Of a stretch of 64,000 nt of DNA, positions 62,399-64,000 are shown one piece after another; position 1 is the stretch's first letter, and each line of letters starts with the position of its first letter. Made by a program: the position numbers and the translations under genes. This DNA comes from Candidatus Micrarchaeota archaeon. GTDB taxonomy: Archaea; Micrarchaeota; Micrarchaeia; Micrarchaeales; CABMGC01. Under the pieces are notes generated by a model, which did no database searches, had not been told where the DNA came from, and worked only from the letters and a program-made list of their open reading frames with translations. The DNA is taken from positions 16,567-80,566 of the forward strand of contig JAKATZ010000003.1 of assembly GCA_021827925.1 (NCBI GenBank). The letters are read 5' to 3'.

Positions 62399-64000
62399 AT
62401 GCTTGACTCAGTGGAGCTTGTTAACTGGAAAACCCACGGCAAGACGAAAATCACCTTCGCGAGAGGCACGAATATACTGATAGGCCATATGGGTGCAGGC
62501 AAAAGTTCGGTCATGGATGCCATATCCTTCGCACTTTTCGGAACTTTCCCTGCGCTGAAGAATGGCAGAGTCAAGATAGATGACATTGTGCGGAACAAGC
62601 CGGAGCAGAAATTCGGGGCGAAGGTGAGGCTTGTTTTCACCGTAGGGAAAGAGCCTTATATAGTGGAAAGGGAGTTGACACCAGGACAGCAGGCAAAAGC
62701 AAGGCTTGAGAAAGAGGGAAAATACCTGCAATCACAACCGAAGAGGGTAACCGAGGAGATAGAGAAGCTGCTCAAGGCAGATTACGATCTCTTCTCTAGG
62801 GCAGTTTACTCGGAGCAGAACAATCTAGATTATTTTCTCCAGCTTACGCCTGGGGAAAGGAAGAGACAGATGGACAACCTTCTAGGTCTCGATAAGTTCG
62901 CAGCTGCACAAGAGAACGCATCGAGCCTTGTCAACAGGCTTCGCGATATGGCAGACGAGCAGAGATCTGCGGCCGCTGGATTCGACATAGACGCACAGCG
63001 CAGCCAGCTTGCTTCTCTAACAGGCGAAGAATCGAGGCTCAATGCCGAGAAGGCCGAACTCGCTGCAGGGCTTGAGAGAATAAACAATGAGGCAGAAAAA
63101 CGCGGACTAGAGATAGGAGAGCTTAGGAGGAGGCATAGCAGGAAGACGTTGCTGGTCAAAGAATTGGAAGGACTGAAGGGCAGGCTTGAAGCATTGTCCA
63201 GGGAGATAGTGAGGATAGAAGCGCAGGGACTACTTAGCAAGGGAGAAATCGAAGATAGACTGAAAAACGCTTCGCTTATGCATTCGCAAGCAAACGAAGC
63301 GCGCAGCAAGCACGATGCAAGATTCCGAGATCTGCAGCAGCGCGTGGGAGGATGCGAGCGCGAACTTTCGGGCATAGGAAAAGAGATCGAAGAGATGGAA
63401 CGTATTGCTTCAGGCAGAAAGGAAAATGCCATGGAGAATGCCGAGAAGAAGATAGCGGAGACTGAGGAAAGAATTGATGGACTCAGAAAGGAGGAGATTT
63501 CAAACCAGGCTGCACTGAACGAGAACAGAAAATGGATTACAGAGCTTGGCAAGGGGATTGCCATGTGTCCCATATGCGAAACGCCTCTCGATGAGATGAG
63601 AAAAGGGAGACTGCTTCTCGAGAAGGAAAAATCTGCAGAAGAGGCGGAAAGAAAGATGAAAGCAGCAATAGCAGGCATTAAAATTGAGGACGCGGAACTT
63701 AAAGTGTGCAGAAAAGAACTTGAAAAGATCAGGGCGGAGAACGTACGGTTGCAGGATTATGGAAAGAAGCTTGAACGGAGGAAATACCTGTCACTTGAAC
63801 TGCAGGAAGTTAAGACACTTATAACAGTGGTTTCTGCGGAGCTTGAGAAGACAAAGGAGGACGAAGCCAAAACGTCAAGGGATGAGATTGAACTTAAATC
63901 CGCGAAAGAGAAGGCGGAGCGGCTGCTTAGCTATCTGAAAGAATCAGAGGAGGCAAGAAAGGCAGCCGCTGAGAAGGAGGCGGAAGTTGCATCGATAGAT
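62399..64000 (+). CDS. rad50: DNA double-strand break repair ATPase Rad50 (5' partial, runs off the window)
   Basis: Hand-located ATG at 62399, not in the track because the ORF is open-ended. Walker A 'GHMGAGKSS', long heptad coiled coil, zinc-hook 'CPIC' at 63566-63577 (in frame). Confidence 0.85.
   Translation, partial: MLDSVELVNWKTHGKTKITFARGTNILIGHMGAGKSSVMDAISFALFGTFPALKNGRVKIDDIVRNKPEQKFGAKVRLVFTVGKEPYIVERELTPGQQAKARLEKEGKYLQSQPKRVTEEIEKLLKADYDLFSRAVYSEQNNLDYFLQLTPGERKRQMDNLLGLDKFAAAQENASSLVNRLRDMADEQRSAAAGFDIDAQRSQLASLTGEESRLNAEKAELAAGLERINNEAEKRGLEIGELRRRHSRKTLLVKELEGLKGRLEALSREIVRIEAQGLLSKGEIEDRLKNASLMHSQANEARSKHDARFRDLQQRVGGCERELSGIGKEIEEMERIASGRKENAMENAEKKIAETEERIDGLRKEEISNQAALNENRKWITELGKGIAMCPICETPLDEMRKGRLLLEKEKSAEEAERKMKAAIAGIKIEDAELKVCRKELEKIRAENVRLQDYGKKLERRKYLSLELQEVKTLITVVSAELEKTKEDEAKTSRDEIELKSAKEKAERLLSYLKESEEARKAAAEKEAEVASID

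Noticed and set aside
62830-63678. 282-aa minus-strand ORF rich in Ser/Leu/Ala/Phe
   Set aside because: It lies entirely antisense to the rad50 coiled-coil region. Its low-complexity composition is the mirror of the Glu/Lys/Arg/Ala-rich sense frame, so it is a shadow ORF.
1-64000. CRISPR arrays, rRNA genes, intact transposases or integrases, toxin-antitoxin pairs
   Set aside because: I scanned all spacers longer than 100 bp and found no regularly spaced direct repeats, no rRNA-like sequence, and no integrase or transposase ORF other than the 53-aa TnpB relic.

Overview
Archaeal chromosomal window. Evidence for an archaeon: aIF1A, aIF2-beta, aIF6, aEF-1beta, r-proteins S19e/L31e/L39e, RpoL, Sec61-beta, a 7S/SRP RNA, class-I HMG-CoA reductase and a type-2 IPP isomerase. 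Gene packing is very tight, with several ATGA start/stop overlaps, convergent genes that abut or overlap, and one divergent pair only 21 nt apart. This suggests a small streamlined genome (DPANN/Micrarchaeota- or Thermoplasmata-like), but that lineage call is inference only. Housekeeping content includes an sdhA-sdhC-(sdhD::sdhB)-fumC block, ftsY plus prefoldin, a sufBDCS cluster with an upstream Cys-rich HTH regulator, dapL-lysA-lrp, an mtnP-mtnA/class-II aldolase cluster, three tRNAs (Ser-GCU, Arg-GCG, Leu-CAG) and the 5' part of rad50. Features absent from the ORF track that I call from the sequence are an about 296-nt SRP RNA 4 nt upstream of tRNA-Ser, Sec61-beta, L39e, a four-CxxC Zn-ribbon protein and a 53-aa N-terminal TnpB (IS200/IS605) relic. 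The items most worth a second look are listed here. (1) A roughly 2,050-aa glycosylation-sequon-rich, C-terminally anchored surface protein built from a triplicated supermodule. (2) An ORFan cluster at 47.3-51.7 kb: a membrane-anchored Ala-rich protein plus two distantly paralogous all-alpha proteins flanking rpoL, next to the TnpB relic. (3) An in-frame fusion of a 2-TM SdhD-like anchor to SdhB. (4) A GH15 / carbamoyltransferase / GT-C / secreted glycoprotein surface-glycan module. (5) A nitrilase-superfamily gene interrupted by one in-frame TAA at the catalytic Glu position. I saw no CRISPR array, rRNA or intact mobile element.
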